Origin: the human T2T-CHM13v2.0 reference genome, Homo sapiens
Strand: one strand, 5' to 3'
Length of the DNA stretch: 64,000 bases
Assembly (NCBI RefSeq): GCF_009914755.1
Contig: NC_060944.1
This document shows, one piece after another, positions 26,005 through 42,020 of the stretch; position 1 is the first letter of the stretch; each line of letters begins with the position of its first letter. The position numbers and the translations under genes were made by a program. The notes beneath the pieces were generated by a model. The model saw only the letters and a list, made by a program, of their open reading frames with translations, ran no database searches and was not told the DNA's origin.

Positions 26005-26190
26005 AACCAAGGCTTTTCAAACCTTAGCATGTAAAAAATTAGCTGGAAGACTTGTTAAAACACAAATTGCGGGACCCTCAAATGGCATTTCTGATTGAGT
26101 AGATATTCACTACAGTTGAGATTCTGCATTTCCACCAAGCTCCCAGGTGACCGAAATGTTTCTGGCTGAGGACCATACTTTCAGTAGCAA
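26005..26190. mobile_element. MER5A
   Basis: cttgttaaaacacaaattgcgggacc...tctgcatttcc...aagctcccaggtga...gaccatactttcagtagca. Confidence 0.8.
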
Positions 26191-26336
26191 AAAACAACTT
26201 AGTGGGAAAGAGAAAGTCAAACATATGCTAAGGCATAAAGATTAAAATAATAAATGACAAGACCCGAAAGGGTTTACAATCTGTTGGGAAAGGTAAATAT
26301 GAAATAAATGAAAACAACAAATTGACAGAGATGATG

Positions 26337-26933
26337 CAGTATTTTTGTTTTCTGTTGTTGCTGTAACAAATTACCTATAAAAGTGGGCTTAAAACAACAT
26401 CCTTTATTATCCCACAGTTCTCTAGATCAGGGGTCCAAGTGGGCTGGGCAGGGTGATCTGCAGAAGGCCTCACAAGGCTGCCATCCAGATGTCAACTTAG
26501 CTGTGTTCTCATCTGGAGCTTAAACTTTTTTCCCAAGCTTATTCAGGTTGTTGGGAGAATTCATTTCCTTGGGATTATAAGACTAAGGTGCTTATCATCT
26601 TCCTGGATAGTAGCTGGGGTAATCTCAGCTCCTACAATCCACTCTCAGATTCTTCTTATGTGGCTCCTCCATCTTCAGAATTTCCTGTGTGTTTAGTTCT
26701 TCTCATGCTACCCATCTCTGACTTCCTCTGTTTCTGATCCTAGACCCAGACTTAAAAAACTCATGACATACATCAGGCCCACCTGGGTAATCTCTCTTTC
26801 TTAAAGTTAACTGTGCTATTACCTAATCACTGGAGTAAAACCCATTATATTTACAGTCTTGGAAAAAGTTGTGCATGATGAGTACACCAGGAGGCTGGGA
26901 TCTTGGAAGTCATCTTAGAATTCTGCCCATCAC
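26337..26933 (-). mobile_element. MLT1D/E-like solo LTR
   Basis: ttgctgtaacaaattacc...gcttaaaacaaca...cacaaggctg...catcttagaattctgcccatcaca. Confidence 0.8.
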
Positions 26934-26934
26934 A

Positions 26935-27225
26935 TAGAGGTTTGGGCAAAGTGCTATTGGAACAATGAGGGTGATGTATCAAGTCTATCCCAGGGAGTTA
27001 CGGAAGACTGGCTGAAGGGGATAGTGCTTGCTGGGGTCTTAGAAAATGTAGGTTTTTGGCAGCTTAAGCATGGCTCTCTGAAAAAATAGTAAAAGGGAAT
27101 TCCAAGGAGAGGAAACTGTGTCCAGATGTATGGATCTTTTAAGGCATGTTCAATAACATGGAGAAGTTTTCAGAGACAAGAGCATAGAATGTAAAGGAGA
27201 GATATCAGCATGAAATATGTGCCTT
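26935..27225 (-). mobile_element. L2 fragment
   Basis: caaagtgctattggaaca...gctggggtcttaga...attccaaggagaggaaac. Confidence 0.5.
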
Positions 27226-27629
27226 ATGATCCAAAGAGCAAGCAGAGTAAAGAACAATCAGATTCAAAGCTAGCTGGTTACTAGAGCAAGTCCCTAACCT
27301 CTCTTATACTCAGCTTCTTCCTCTATTAAATGCATATCTTGGCCTAGGCCAGTGTTTGGTAAACAGTGACCTAAGAAGCCCTAGAGTTTTGGAAGAGAGG
27401 GGGTTGATATACACACGAGAGGGTGGTGCAAGGGTCTGGGAAGCTGTGTGTCAGTCTTTGAGGCCCTCACTCTCAGTTTCACCAAAGTCCCACTCAGCTT
27501 CTATCTGCCTTATATGGTTTGGCTCCAGATAAGATTTTACTTAGAGTTTATATGTTTAAATGTTCTAAAACCACAGATAAACTCTTTGCATAACATGATT
27601 TTTTTTCTATTACACTCAGCTCTTGTATT

Positions 27630-28945
<1,316 letters not shown>

Positions 28946-29344
28946 GAGATCAATTAAACTCCCTGGGTTTTCACATCTTCATCTTCTTGTAGCAATAATA
29001 AAATATCACTTAAAGACCATTGTAAAAATAGATAACAAGTACAAATGGAAAGCATGATGCAATGGAATTCATGCCAGTAGTTACTATAACACAAAAATAA
29101 CATCAAGCTTTTCACTAGTGGCTGTTGGGCAGTTCGAGGGACTCAACATTGCCAGTATTTTAATGGGTGTAAAATTGTCCATATGATACAATTTTGGGCA
29201 AGAGAGTTTTTGACAGAAAACTTTTGGAAGCAATACATTGACCTCAAATGACTACAAGTAAAGGATTTTAGCCAGAGTTACAAAATGATGGGGTAAGATT
29301 TTCTTCATGCAGGACTCTTTCAGACCACATCTTCCGGTACTCAA

Positions 29345-29832
29345 CTTTTACTGCTCATTACTGGGAGGAACTTCTAAGAATTCCAGCACCTAGGCCAGTT
29401 AAATCAGAATGCCAATACCTAGGCCAGTTAAATCAGAATCTCTAGGGATTAGGGACCAGCATTGATTTTTTTATTTCTTTGTTTGTTTGTTTGTTTGTTT
29501 TTGAGACGTAGTCTCGCTCTGTCAACCAGGCTGGAGTGCAGTGGCGCGATCTTGGCTCACTGCAACCTCTGCCTCTGGGGTTCAAGCGAGTCTCCTACTC
29601 AGCCTCCTGAGTAGGCACCTGTCACCACACCCGGCTAATTTTTGTATTTTATTAGAGAGGGTGTTTCACCATGTTGGCCAGGCTGATCTTGAACTCCTGA
29701 CCTCAAGTGATCCACCCACCTCGGCCTCCCAAAATGCTGAGATTACAAGCATGAGCCACTGTACCCAGCCAGCATTGATAGTTTTTAAGCCTCCAGATAG
29801 TTCTGGTGTGCACTCATGATTGAAAACCACCA
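29345..29832. mobile_element. MER5B split by an Alu, with an internal tandem duplication
   Basis: cctaggccagttaaatcagaat occurs twice (29389 and 29418); the element resumes after the Alu at agcattgatagtttttaagcctccag. Confidence 0.7.
29467..29770 (-). mobile_element. AluS
   Basis: Dimeric Alu with (GTTT)n tail; TSD agcattgat at 29458-29466 and 29771-29779. Confidence 0.92.
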
Positions 29833-30094
29833 AGCTAGAGTGAGAGTCTTTGTGTGAGGTGAACTTGGGTAATAAGCCACCCAGAGAAACATTTAGAATT
29901 TTCTCCCACGGTCCAGGAGGATTGAAGTAGAACTAGTGGCTTTGGATTTTTCCTCTATTTCCCCATATTGCCTACTCATCAGGCATAGCTCCTTTGTTCA
30001 TACTGCCTGAGGCTGTCCCTGATGTCTTCCATCAGACACTGTCTGATTCTCCTCACTACCTAGATGTCTCACTTGAAGACTGTGAGTCAAAAAG

Positions 30095-30520
30095 TTGAGG
30101 TTGGAGACCTCACCTGAAAATCTGTGTTTTGAGCAAGTTCTATCTGTATTCTTAAGACAAAGAAGGTGGGTTTGAGAAGCAGTGTCCTAACCATTGTTAC
30201 TCAAATGGTAAGTGCTTGGACTGGTATCACCTAGAAGATTGTAAGAAACACAGCATCTCACACATTCCAGACCCATGAAACAAAATGCACTTTAACCACA
30301 TGTCCTGGTGATACATATGTTCGTTAAAGTTTGAGAAGCACTGCCCTAAAACTAAGTTTCCCAAGAGAGATGCCAGACCACCTACATCATAACAACTTGA
30401 GATGCTAATAATCTACTCTGAACCTTATGAATCAGAATATCTTGGGTGAGGCCTGGAAATCTTCACATTTAACAAAATCAGCTATTGGCTCTTACGCACA
30501 ATTATTGTTTAAAAGTACTC
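30095..30520. mobile_element. Cluster of about three abutting MER5 fragments
   Basis: Repeated tttgagaagca(g/c)tg ends at ~30171 and ~30330; aatcagaat and tttaacaa motifs. Confidence 0.6.
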
Positions 30521-30887
30521 GGTCTTGTATTGGTTTAGTGAACACATGCTCAGGCAGCTCTGGGGATCTGGTCCAACATCACAGGGTAAAACAATGTGAG
30601 TTGGGTTATTGGTCTCACGTACTCAAACATGGGCTACAGTTGCCACCCCACCCACCACACATTGGTCTTCATGTATCAGTCCTTCAAGCCTTACTCATGG
30701 GTCAACATGTTAATTGTGTGTAACTCATAGAGTGTGATCACAAAGGGAGATTTATTTTTCTCTCTCACTGTCCCTTTAAACCAGTTTGGTGGGAAGCCAA
30801 AGTGGCTACCTCCTCTGCTTTCAGACAAAAATCTAGGCAGTCATCATGGTTTTATAGTTACCTTTAAATTAATAGAAAGTCATATAT

Positions 30888-31000
30888 GAGCCAGATGTAG
30901 TGGGTGCATGGCTGTCATCCTAGCCATGTGGGAGAATCACTTGAGCCCAGGATTCATGACCAACCTGGGCAGCATAGTGAGACCCCGTCTCTTAAAAACA
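30888..31000 (+). mobile_element. Alu monomer (FLAM/FAM-like)
   Basis: gagaatcacttgagcccagga...ccaacctgggcagcatagtgagaccccgtctc; TSD gaaagtcatatat on both sides. Confidence 0.85.
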
Positions 31001-32159
31001 ATGATAACAGGAAAGTCATATATCATTTCAAGCCATTTAGTCACAATTAAACACTTAAAATATCTACCTCTAGATAATAATCAACTCTGAACCAGATTTA
31101 ACATTAGCATGCGTTTTCTCCCTAGCTGGGGCTGGCTACAGGCTGGCTCCCTGCTTTTGGAGAGAAGCTATGATTACGTTTCTCTTTTTCCCTTTTCTCT
31201 CCACCACTCAATAGCTATATTAATAACATCTCCTTGAATAAGTGAAGGAGGCAGGAGGGAAGGAAAGGAGAGCAGAAAATCCTTATCAGACACTACCATG
31301 AAATAGTTTCACATTCTCTGGTTTTGGTGGAGGTTGAAATCACACTTTTATGGACGCTTTCAAAGGTTTATTTTGGTTCTCATGCTGGGCTGTGCTAACC
31401 CACCTCCTGTGATGTGGATGATGTGTTCTGTTCCTCTAACTCTGACTCTGCCCTCAGCCACTAGTTTTCTGGTTACTCATTCAACACACACAACTGGATT
31501 ACCAACAGCCTACTCAATGGTCATTTTGGACAAGAATCAAGGTGGCTTTAGGTTCCTACTTTTCCATTTGACCTACATACGGATCATAGGACACCAATGC
31601 ATCTTTTGTCCCACTGTTGTTGGAACTGTGGTTACTTCCTAAATTTGATCCTCAACTCTCACTTCTTCTTGTCCTGCCCTCTAGAGCTGAAAGTTGTAGG
31701 CTTTTTACCTTAGGATACTCAGGTGGAGATCAGACCCGAGTCACTGTGATCTTCTTGCCATGAGGACAACACTTTCCAAGTTCTTCAAGTGGTCCCAGTA
31801 AAGCCACTCTCAGTAAACTTGAGGGGCAGAGAAAATGTTTCCTCACCTTTCTAGAATAGGACCTGGATCTCATAGCACAACTCATCATAAAGAAATCTTC
31901 TCTCTAGTATTCAATCACTGACCCTTTATCCTTTTGTGACAAATTCAAAAGTTATCAAAATGGTTCCCAATCATTTCCTTTTGCTCATGGTTCAGCATCT
32001 GATTGGAATCTGATGTCTATCATGTCTTGGTGCTTCAGTTGAAAGCTCCAATTTAACATCTTGATAACTCTGAAGCACGCACATGCTCCTTTACGTCAAA
32101 TCAAGTTTAAAGCAATGAGTTTTAAGATTGGTGGTAAATTCAGCCAATCAATCAACAAA

Positions 32160-32270
32160 TATATATATGGAAATATTGTGCCATTTTATATCAGGAACTT
32201 GAGTGTTCATGGATTTTTGCGTCCAAGAAGTGTTCTAGAACCAGTCTCCTACACATACCGAGGGACAATT
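32160..32270. mobile_element. MER2/Tigger2 end fragment
   Basis: gccattttatatcaggaacttgag...ggatttttg...ctagaacca...ataccgagggaca. Confidence 0.75.
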
Positions 32271-32893
32271 TTATAAAGCAAAATAGTTAAAATTATAAAC
32301 AAAACTGATTACATTGGAACACAGTTACCCCAAAACATGAAAAATAACAAGTTTGAGATAAAGCCATTTGGATGGTTAGTTTTATGTATCCAATTGACTG
32401 GGCTATGGGATGCACAGATAGCTGGTGAAACATTATTTAGGGGTATTTTTATGAGGAAGTTTCCAGAAGAAATTAGCATTTTGATGGGTAGACAGAGTCA
32501 AAAAGATTCGTTCTCTCTAATGTGGGCTTCATTCAATCCTTTGAGGGCCCCCCTCCCCCCCCACAAAAAAAAGGAATGGAAAGGTGAATTTGCCCTCTCT
32601 GTTCGAGCTGGGACATTCATCTTCTCCTGCCCTTAGACATCAGCACTCCTGGTTCTTGGGCCTTTGGACTTGGATCAGGACTTACACTGTTAGCCTCTTG
32701 CTTCTCAGGCTTTTAGGATTGGACAAAAACACCACCACTGACTTTCCTGGGCCTCCAGGTTGTAGGAGGAAGATCACGGGACTTCTCAGCCTCCATTATC
32801 CATGAGCCAATCCCTCATAATAAATATATTTCTATATATCTGATTTTATCTAGTATATAATTGTATCTAATAATATATAAATAACATACAATA

Positions 32894-33467
<574 letters not shown>

Positions 33468-33506
<39 letters not shown>

Positions 33507-33900
33507 ATATATATATAAATATATATATATATAAAATATGAGGTTAATAATAAATATATATATTTTATCTAATGATTTTATATGTCAATTATATATTAGG
33601 TGTGTTTAATTTTATATATTTAAACAGAACTAATTTATATAGTATTAGTATAGTATATTAGTATTCAATATATACTATTCTATATTACTAATATATAGAA
33701 TATATACTAATATTCTATATTAGTATACTATATTAGTATATTAGTATATATAGTATTAGTATAGTATATTAGTATTTAATATATACTATATTAGTATATT
33801 ATATACTATTACTATAGTACAGTATATTAGTATTTGGATTTCTATATATAAATACAAATAAATACTAATTTATAAATTAAAATTTTAAATATGTATACAT
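33468..33900. repeat. (CA)n followed by a TA-rich quasi-palindromic tract
   Basis: Read directly; includes a 43-bp direct repeat at 33636 and 33747. Confidence 0.9.
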
Positions 33901-33924
33901 AAACCCTGGCCAATAGAGTCATAC

Positions 33925-34225
33925 ATGTGCTTTTTTATCAATACCTACAATAATAGAATCAAGGCTAGATCTAATTCATTCATAATTTCAAAGTAGTGAT
34001 GAGTATAAAGAATACTTGGAGAGATTTGGAACAGGAAATACGACAATAAAATACCTGTGATTTCTATTTCTAATACCTGTGATTCTATTTTGCAGTTATG
34101 TATAGTACAAACCCTGCTGTCTTTTTTTTTTTTTTTGTAGCCCCATCTCAAACCAAAAGAAATGGTGAGTTTTAGTTAGAAACTGGTGAAAGTAAAAATG
34201 TAGTTTTTTTCTTACCTACACACAG
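33925..34225. mobile_element. Charlie1-like hAT fragment
   Basis: cataatttcaaagtagtgatgagtataaa...ctgtgatttctatt...gtgaaagtaaaaatgta. Confidence 0.55.
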
Positions 34226-34249
34226 GGTGAATCATTTTTTGAATCATTT

Positions 34250-35950
34250 TCTATTTATGTTCTGTGATTTGTTTATTGCTGAACTCTACTCCTGTTCGAG
34301 AACATTCTTCAAATTATATGCTTTGGAATTGTTGAGATTTGTTTCATGCCTTAGCATATTGTAAATTTGTGTAAATATTCCATTTATGCTAGAAAATAAG
34401 TATTCTACAGTAATTGAGTACAGCATTCTGCATTTATGAGGACAAGTTTGTTAATTCTTTTGGGTCAATCTTTCAGATTATTACTGATATCTTTGCTGCT
34501 TCTTTGATGAATTACTGAAAAAGAAATATCTTATTATTGGTTTGGAATTGTTTTATCTTCTTGATGAATTGAATATTTTTGCTATTTGGATAGATTCTCT
34601 TGATTTCTAAAAATGCTGTGTGTTCTTAAAGTACATTTTACAAAACATGAATAGAGCTACACCAACAAATATTTTCTTAATGATTATATGCATGGTATAC
34701 TCTTTACATCTTTGGTTTTCATTTGTGTGTGTGCATGTGGGTGCGTTCTCATATATTAGAAATCTCTCCCAAAAACAGTAGATTATTGTTTTCTAATTAT
34801 TCTTTAAAAATCCAGACTGCCCATTCTTTTTGAAGCAGAGAACATATCTACATTGTGCCTGGATTCTTGACACATTAAATATGAGATAAAATAATATATA
34901 TCATTTCAGGCAACTAACTTTGTGGAAATATAGTTATACTATGATGAATAACTGATGCACACTGTTTCTTTTCTTAATTTTTTCAGTAGTTACCCTAAAA
35001 ATTAAGGCATGTATATTTAACTAAACAAATTTAATTTTTATTAACACCTTTACCCTCATTCAGAAAATATAAGGGAATTAGAGCACTTTGGATACTCTTA
35101 AAACTTACATGTTATTATTACTGTTAACTTTACTTACATATAAATATATATTAACTCCTCTATCATTATTGTTTTCAAGAGTCAATATTCATTTAGATTT
35201 ATTGGCATATTTAACATTTCCTTTACTTTCATTTTCTTCTCTCTGGGATCACTTTCATTCTTCCTACAAGGTGTTATGTATTGAAATGTCTTAAAAAGAT
35301 CTGCTCAAAAGAAACTCTCTTAGGTTGTCTAAAATGTTTTCATATTTCTTTATTTCTTGATGGGTACTTTGGTTAAATACTGAATTCTAGGTTGCCAGCC
35401 ATTTTCTTGTCTTCTGGCTACATAGACGTATTGAAGAATCATTGGAAAGCCTGTTTTACCTTTAAAGTAATCTACTCCCTCCCTCCCTCTATTTTATTCC
35501 ATTATTTTACTTTTGTTTCTGGGTTGCTGTTGTTTGTTTGTTTTGTTTTATGAAATATATAAGAGGGGATGATTCTTATTATCTTGCCTGTAATTTGTTA
35601 AATTTCTTGAATGGATTGATATTTTAAATTTTCAACCACTATCTCTTTAAAAAATCTCTATAACCCATTCTCTCATTCCTTTAGTTCTAAAATTTCAATT
35701 AAATATTATTTAGATTTTCTTACATACATTCTTTATCTCTTAATCTTTTTTATTTATAAAACTTTTTTCACTCCCTATTTCATTTTTGAATTGTGTGTGT
35801 GTGTGTGTTGATGTAACTTTCGTTTTGCTAATTCTCTGTTGATCTATGTTTTAGCATCTGTTAAACTCATTCACTGTGTTCTTAAATTTGGTCATTATAC
35901 TTTTCTTTTTTAGAATTTTTATTTCTTAAAAAGTCAAATGTAATTTTTTA
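34250..35950 (-). mobile_element. Highly degraded L1ME-type fragments
   Basis: gttgagatttgtttcatgcc; gaattctaggttg; degenerate antisense ORF2/ORF1-like tracts. Confidence 0.55.
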
Positions 35951-36746
35951 AAGTTTATCGTTTTCAATTCATTCAAATTAGGTTGAAGAATTTTAGAGTT
36001 AACTTTGAAATACACAAAAATTACTGAGTTTTCAACATTTTTAAGGATTATATAAGCAAAAATATTTTAAAATTAAAGATATTTTAAGATTATTTGTATG
36101 TAAGATAAAATGGATATTATATTTGGCTGTTTAGTTAATTTTGCACTTACTAGGTAACTGGATGACTCCCTACTTTTCTTGTTCTTTTAATCAATCAAAA
36201 ATAACATATCACTAATAAATAATTTTTAAAATCCAGTTTGCATTTAATTTACCCATTAAATTTTTTCAAGATTAACATCTTTTTAGAGAAGGAAATTAAT
36301 TGGTTTATGAATCATAATGACAGAATAATTGTTTATTTTGTGCTGAGTATGTAAGAGTTAGAGACCTTGAGGTGAAGAAAATATGAAAGAGAACAAGGAA
36401 ATTAAGATGGTTGGATCACCAGATTACTTCCTCCATGGATGGGAATGACATTGGAGAGCTGGAATTTGTTTCAGTCACGGAACTGATAACATAATTGCTA
36501 GGTTTTAGATACTGGAATGACACACAATTATATTATAGCCCAAACACATCCTTGATAATTTTAATGTTTAAAAGACTCAGCTTTATCTGTGAAATATTTT
36601 AATTAAATACTTTGCTTTTAACCTCTATCTAAATTTCTTTGTTGAAAAACTGAACAATTATCTGTACTACCTTACTTACATCACAACGTTGTTTTCTATT
36701 TAAATTACCTCTATTTATTAAAAATATGTACCTAAGAGTACATAGG

Positions 36747-37234
36747 TGATGGAGTTCAGAATACACTACCCCAAACAATGGTATGTTGGTATCTGAGAAA
36801 ATGGCAGAAGCAGGAAAGTCACTCTCACAGTCCCTTCATCAGTTCCCCTAAACCAAGTCATAAAACCCTCATTTGAGAGGGGCCCTCCCTATGCCCAGAG
36901 GAAAAAAGCATTCTTAGCTCTGAAGACACAGGGAAGAGAAGAGTAAGAACAAACAAGCCTTGCTAAGTTTTCCCTCGTTTATTACCATTATTATTCTCTT
37001 TCCCTCCAATCATATTTCTCCATAACTATCCACTCTTCATCAAACCTAGGCATAAAAATACACATATTTGTCTATTTCTTTGTGTCTTCATTTCCTCACA
37101 AAGACCTCAGTGTTATGTAAACCTTATATTAAATACATCGATTTGCTTTTCTCTTCTTAATTAATGTCTTTTGTTAATGAAGCCTCAGCCATGAACCTCA
37201 GGAAGAAAATATGTTTATTTTCGTTTCCACTTCA
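36747..37234 (+). mobile_element. ERV1 solo LTR (LTR54-like)
   Basis: tgatggagttcagaatacactaccccaaa...gcagaagcaggaa...ctcagccatgaacct...ca; near-TSD tagg/taga. Confidence 0.75.
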
Positions 37235-37532
37235 TAGACTTTTAACACTTGACATTTTTCTCAGGTCCAAAAAGAATCCCAATCTAACATACTTTCAAAA
37301 TTATTATGACAGATTTAAGGGTCTTTCTTCAATTTTATAAATTATTTAAGTACACATTTTATCATTCTTCTATAGAATGTTATATTTTAACTTAGTTATA
37401 ACTTAATTATATTTTAACTATTTTTGTTATATCAAACTACTTTCATATAACTAACCTGCAAATATTTTTACCTCTTCCTTCTCTGTGTTAGTTAGCTATT
37501 CACAGACTGACAAATCACTTTAACCCAATGAC

Positions 37533-37892
37533 TGCTATAGTTTGAATGCATCTTTCAAGGTTCATGTGTTGGAAAGTTAATCCCCAATGCAATAGTATTA
37601 AGAAGTGAGACTTTTAAGAGGTGATTAGAGGGCTCCAGCCTCATAAAAGCATTAATGTCATTACTGTGGAAGTGAGTTCATTATTGTGGGAGTGGTTATC
37701 AAAGGACAAGTTCAGGCCCTCCTCTCACCCTCTTTCACTTTCTCTTTGCCCTTCCAAGAATGTCCTCACCAGGTGCTGGCCCCTCAATCTTGTATTTCCC
37801 ATCATTCAGAATTGTAAGCCAAAAAATTCTGTTCATTATAAAGTACATAGTCTGTGATATTCTGCTATAGCAGCACAAAATGAACTAAGATC
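37533..37892 (+). mobile_element. MST (MSTC/D-like) solo LTR inserted into an MLT1 end
   Basis: tgctatagtttgaatg...tcatgtgttggaa...atagcagcacaaaatgaactaaga; near-TSD atgac/gtgac. Confidence 0.85.
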
Positions 37893-37919
37893 GTGACTTA
37901 AAACAATAAGCATGGTAAG

Positions 37920-39425
37920 CAGGGGAATGCTAACTTACGTAACTTTCAAAATGAGTGAGGACTGTAACACCAAATGCAAAAGGAGCTGTGCACAAACGCT
38001 GTACCTCAGTGGATAAAGTTGTTTCCCACAGAGTATAGGCTAACAATTCTGAAGCCACTATGAATGTACACTGTAACTGATCAATTAAGTAAATGGATGA
38101 CCGATGGTGAGAGCCAAGTTTCTCATTGTTGGAGTGAGAGAGAAAACAGAAGAAAGTGGAATGGGCTACATGTGTTAATGGATTGGAATTAGAGACTGCA
38201 GCATGAATTCATCTTCAAACGAATGTGGATATAGATCATTAGATGGAAAATATTAATACACATGCATATAGACACACAGGTTAGTATGCATACATATATT
38301 TTCTGACTCTGTCAGCTGGGAAGGCTGAGAAGCATTCGCACCCCATTGGCAATGAACACATCTAACATCCAGATCTTGGTTTTCAATACCATTCTCCAAA
38401 ACAAAAAACAAATAAAAAACAGACAAACAAAACCTTGGGAAAATGGCTGATTCTTGGACTAAAGCAGAAAATATATAAGTCTGAAGCATCTTGAAATGCC
38501 AAAAAAGTGAGGAAGTACTTAAAGTGCACACACACACACACACAATAATGGGGTAAGTAAATGGGATATGGAAGCCAAGTGAAAGAGCCCCAAGTGGCCA
38601 AGTTAGAATGATCTGGGCAACACAATACATAATGTAGCATTGAATTGTAACCCAAAGTATAAAATAAATACCTATGATTCCATAGTAACATAAATAAATA
38701 GGATTGAACATACTAAACTGTTGTGCAGAATAATTGCAAATAATTTATGTAAATATCTTCAAGGAGTTGGAACATAACTCTTCCACTCCTTAAGTGTGGG
38801 CTGTCCATAGTGACTTCTTTCCAAAAGTACAATACGGAAAGCAGGTGAAGAGTAAGTTTACCATAGAGAAACTTGACAAAAACTACCTCAGGCAGATCAT
38901 TGAGATTAATATCAATACTGATGTTATGTTGATAACATGACATCACTTTTGGTATTATGATGAATATGACACTTTACATTTGTGGTCTTCCTCCCCGAAA
39001 CCTAGAACTCAAGTCAAATTATAAGAAACAGGAGACAAATTCCAATAAGAAACTTTTCATGAAATACTTCAGCAGTACTCTTCACTGCTGTCAAGGTCAT
39101 CAAAACCAAGAGGAGTCCAAGAAACTGTCACAGACAAAAGAAGTCTAAAGAATATGAAGACTAAATGCAATGTGTTATCCTGAATGGGATCCTAGACCAG
39201 AAATAAGACATTAGGTAAAAATTAAGAATATCTGAATAAAGTATGAACTTCAGCTAATAACACTGCATTATTATTGTGCATTCATTTAAACAAATGTACC
39301 ATGTTAGTATAAGATGTTAACAATAGAAGAAATTGGGTATGAGAAATATGGGAACTCTGCCCTAGCTTTGAAACATTGTTGTAAATCTAAAAATACTCTG
39401 AAATAAAAGTTATTTTTAAAAACAT
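37920..39425 (+). mobile_element. L1MC/L1MD 3' region
   Basis: ggaaaatggctgattctt...ccactccttaagtgtgggctg...gtaaatctaaaa..tactctgaaataaaag. Confidence 0.8.
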
Positions 39426-39489
39426 AATTCAACAAAGACAGATTTACCAGAGGTAATAAAGAAGACTCAGAAACAAAACAACAGGCATG

Positions 39490-39980
39490 AGTTATGGTCA
39501 TAGCTCTGTCTCAGCCAGAAGCTTTTTTTGGTCTCACTCATACGTCTGTGGACTCTGTGAGGAGAGGCAGCTCTGCTGATTTTGGCTGGAATCTATCACA
39601 TTTTTGGCATTGCCTGGCTATAGGCTGGTCTAGGATGGCCTTATCTGAGACAGTTGGGCTCTGGCCCACCCCTCCTCTTATCTTCTAGCACTGCTGGTCT
39701 GGGCTTGTTCACATGGTGTTACATGGGTTAAAAGAGAGAGTGGAAGTACACACGATTCCAAAGGCCTGGAATCACAAATAAAACATTATCACTTCCTCCG
39801 CATTCTGTTGGACAAGGCAAGTCACCAAACTAGACTAGACACAAGTAGAGTGGGGTGTGTCAGGGGTTGGGGGGAAGCAGAGTAAGTGAAAAGAGATTCC
39901 ATTTCCTATAGGAAAGAGTTCCAAAGTCATATTGCAAAGGCATGAAGCATTGGAGACATTTTTGCAGACAAACTACCACA
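39490..39980 (-). mobile_element. MLT1H-like LTR; its 3' tip lies at about 37483-37532 and 37893-37915
   Basis: ggctggtctaggatggcct...gggcttgttcacatgg...cacttcctccgcattctgttgg...ctaccaca. Confidence 0.75.
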
Positions 39981-40361
39981 CTTTTTTAAGATGAACCAGA
40001 ATAGGTCAGATTATCTTTTTATGACAATTCTTGATATGCTTTTATTTCTAGGCCATAATTTCTGCCTTGCATTCATACATGTATCAACAAATATTTATGA
40101 GTGCCTTAAATGTATTAGGCTCTTTCACCTATCTTCTTAGAACTTACAATTATATATTATAATCAAAAGTGAAATGCTAGATTCCTTTATTTTGGGACAT
40201 TATTTTTGAACACACTTGGCTAGGAAATAAGCCACAATTTATTTATTTTTTTGTCAATGTTCCTTGAACCATACTAGACATTCTGGTATAAATTCTAACT
40301 AGTCTTTCCTTAGGGATAAATATAGAAGAACTTCAGTTACTAACCAACTGACATATGTAAC

Positions 40362-40834
40362 TGTGGGGGCAGAAAAATTTCAACTTCCTCCTCTTAGGGT
40401 TCCAGCAGAGCCTAAGAATTAAATTGACATAGATAGATAAAAGCATGCAAATTTATTTAACAAGTTGTATGTGTCATGGGGACCCTCATAAAGAAATAAA
40501 GACCTCCCCAAAGCAATTAGAGTATATTACTTATATACCAGATTGAACAAAGAATAGTAAACTGTGAAAATGTGGCTAAACTATGTGGGGGACCGGTAAA
40601 GAGGAGTTATTCTAATAAGGTCTGTATAGTATTCTCTCAGTCCCAGCTTCTCATTCTTGAAGACAAACATCTTGCCTTTTCTTCGGGTATAGGGAGAGTG
40701 TCTTATACAGGAGTTAAATCTTTTGCTTTTAGGAACAACATGAAGGCCAAAGTCATCTTTTATCACCAGCTGCTATACAAATGTCTTTAACTTAATGAGT
40801 CAATAAGCCAAAATAAGGTATTTCAGCCTCTTCA
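40362..40834 (-). mobile_element. ERV1 solo LTR (MER34/LTR54-related group)
   Basis: TG...CA termini; perfect 4-bp TSD TAAC at 40358-40361 and 40835-40838. Confidence 0.75.
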
Positions 40835-40847
40835 TAACATTTGAGCA

Positions 40848-41040
40848 ACAGTACTCAAAGTGTGGACAGACTGTGGACCAGAAGCTTCAGTATTACTTGG
40901 GGGCTTGTTAGAAAGGTTAGAATATCAGACCCTAAACCAGTCCTGCTGAATCAGAATCCCTGTGGGTGGAACCCAGGAATTTGCATGTTTTCTAGTTCTC
41001 CAGGTAAAGCTGATGAGTAAAAGTTTGTAAACCACTGGTT
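40848..41040. mobile_element. MER5A
   Basis: ctcaaagtgtgg...gcttgttagaaa...ctgaatcagaatc...aaagtttgtaaaccactgg. Confidence 0.8.
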
Positions 41041-41074
41041 TATGATCCAGTTTTTCAACGCTTTTTCATCATTA

Positions 41075-41465
<391 letters not shown>

Positions 41466-41981
41466 TTATACAAAAGTTATATTTTTGAATTAAAATATTT
41501 ATTCTTATTCTACTGTATTCTGAATATTAGGCTTTCAATTTATTTAATTCTGCATTACCCCAGTCCAGAACATACTATTCTTTGTTCTGGATATTAGGCA
41601 ATGGCTTTTGAGCAGAAGAAATAAAGATTAACTTTGACCTTGATATAACACAAAAGTATAAAATTCACCATGGATATTTCTTTTCATGTTATTAATGTTA
41701 CTCTTTTTAGCTGATTTCTTAGGTTGTTTTATTAATTCTTTGTATTGAAAGATATAATAAAATGGGATTTCATTACCTCAAGCTTTTTCATTTTTGCCCT
41801 GATATTCATTCTGTCTCATTGCATTCAGTCAGCCTCATTTTTCCCTCTATCAGCTCTCAACTTTTTGGACTCAGTGTTCGTCCATCCTCACACTTTCCAT
41901 CTTTCTTTTATCTTTAAACAAACAACTCATTTTAATTGCCTGTGTCTTGATTCTTTTCCTTTTGTTTCATGGATGTCACTT

Positions 41982-42020
41982 TCTCTCTCTCTCTCTCTCT
42001 CTGTCTCTGTCTCTCTCTCT
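41982..42020. repeat. (TC)n microsatellite
   Basis: Read directly. Confidence 0.9.

Noticed and set aside
31334-31642. 102-aa ORF in non-repeat sequence
   Set aside because: Non-ATG start, no recognisable domain and no convincing splice-site framing; this length is expected by chance.
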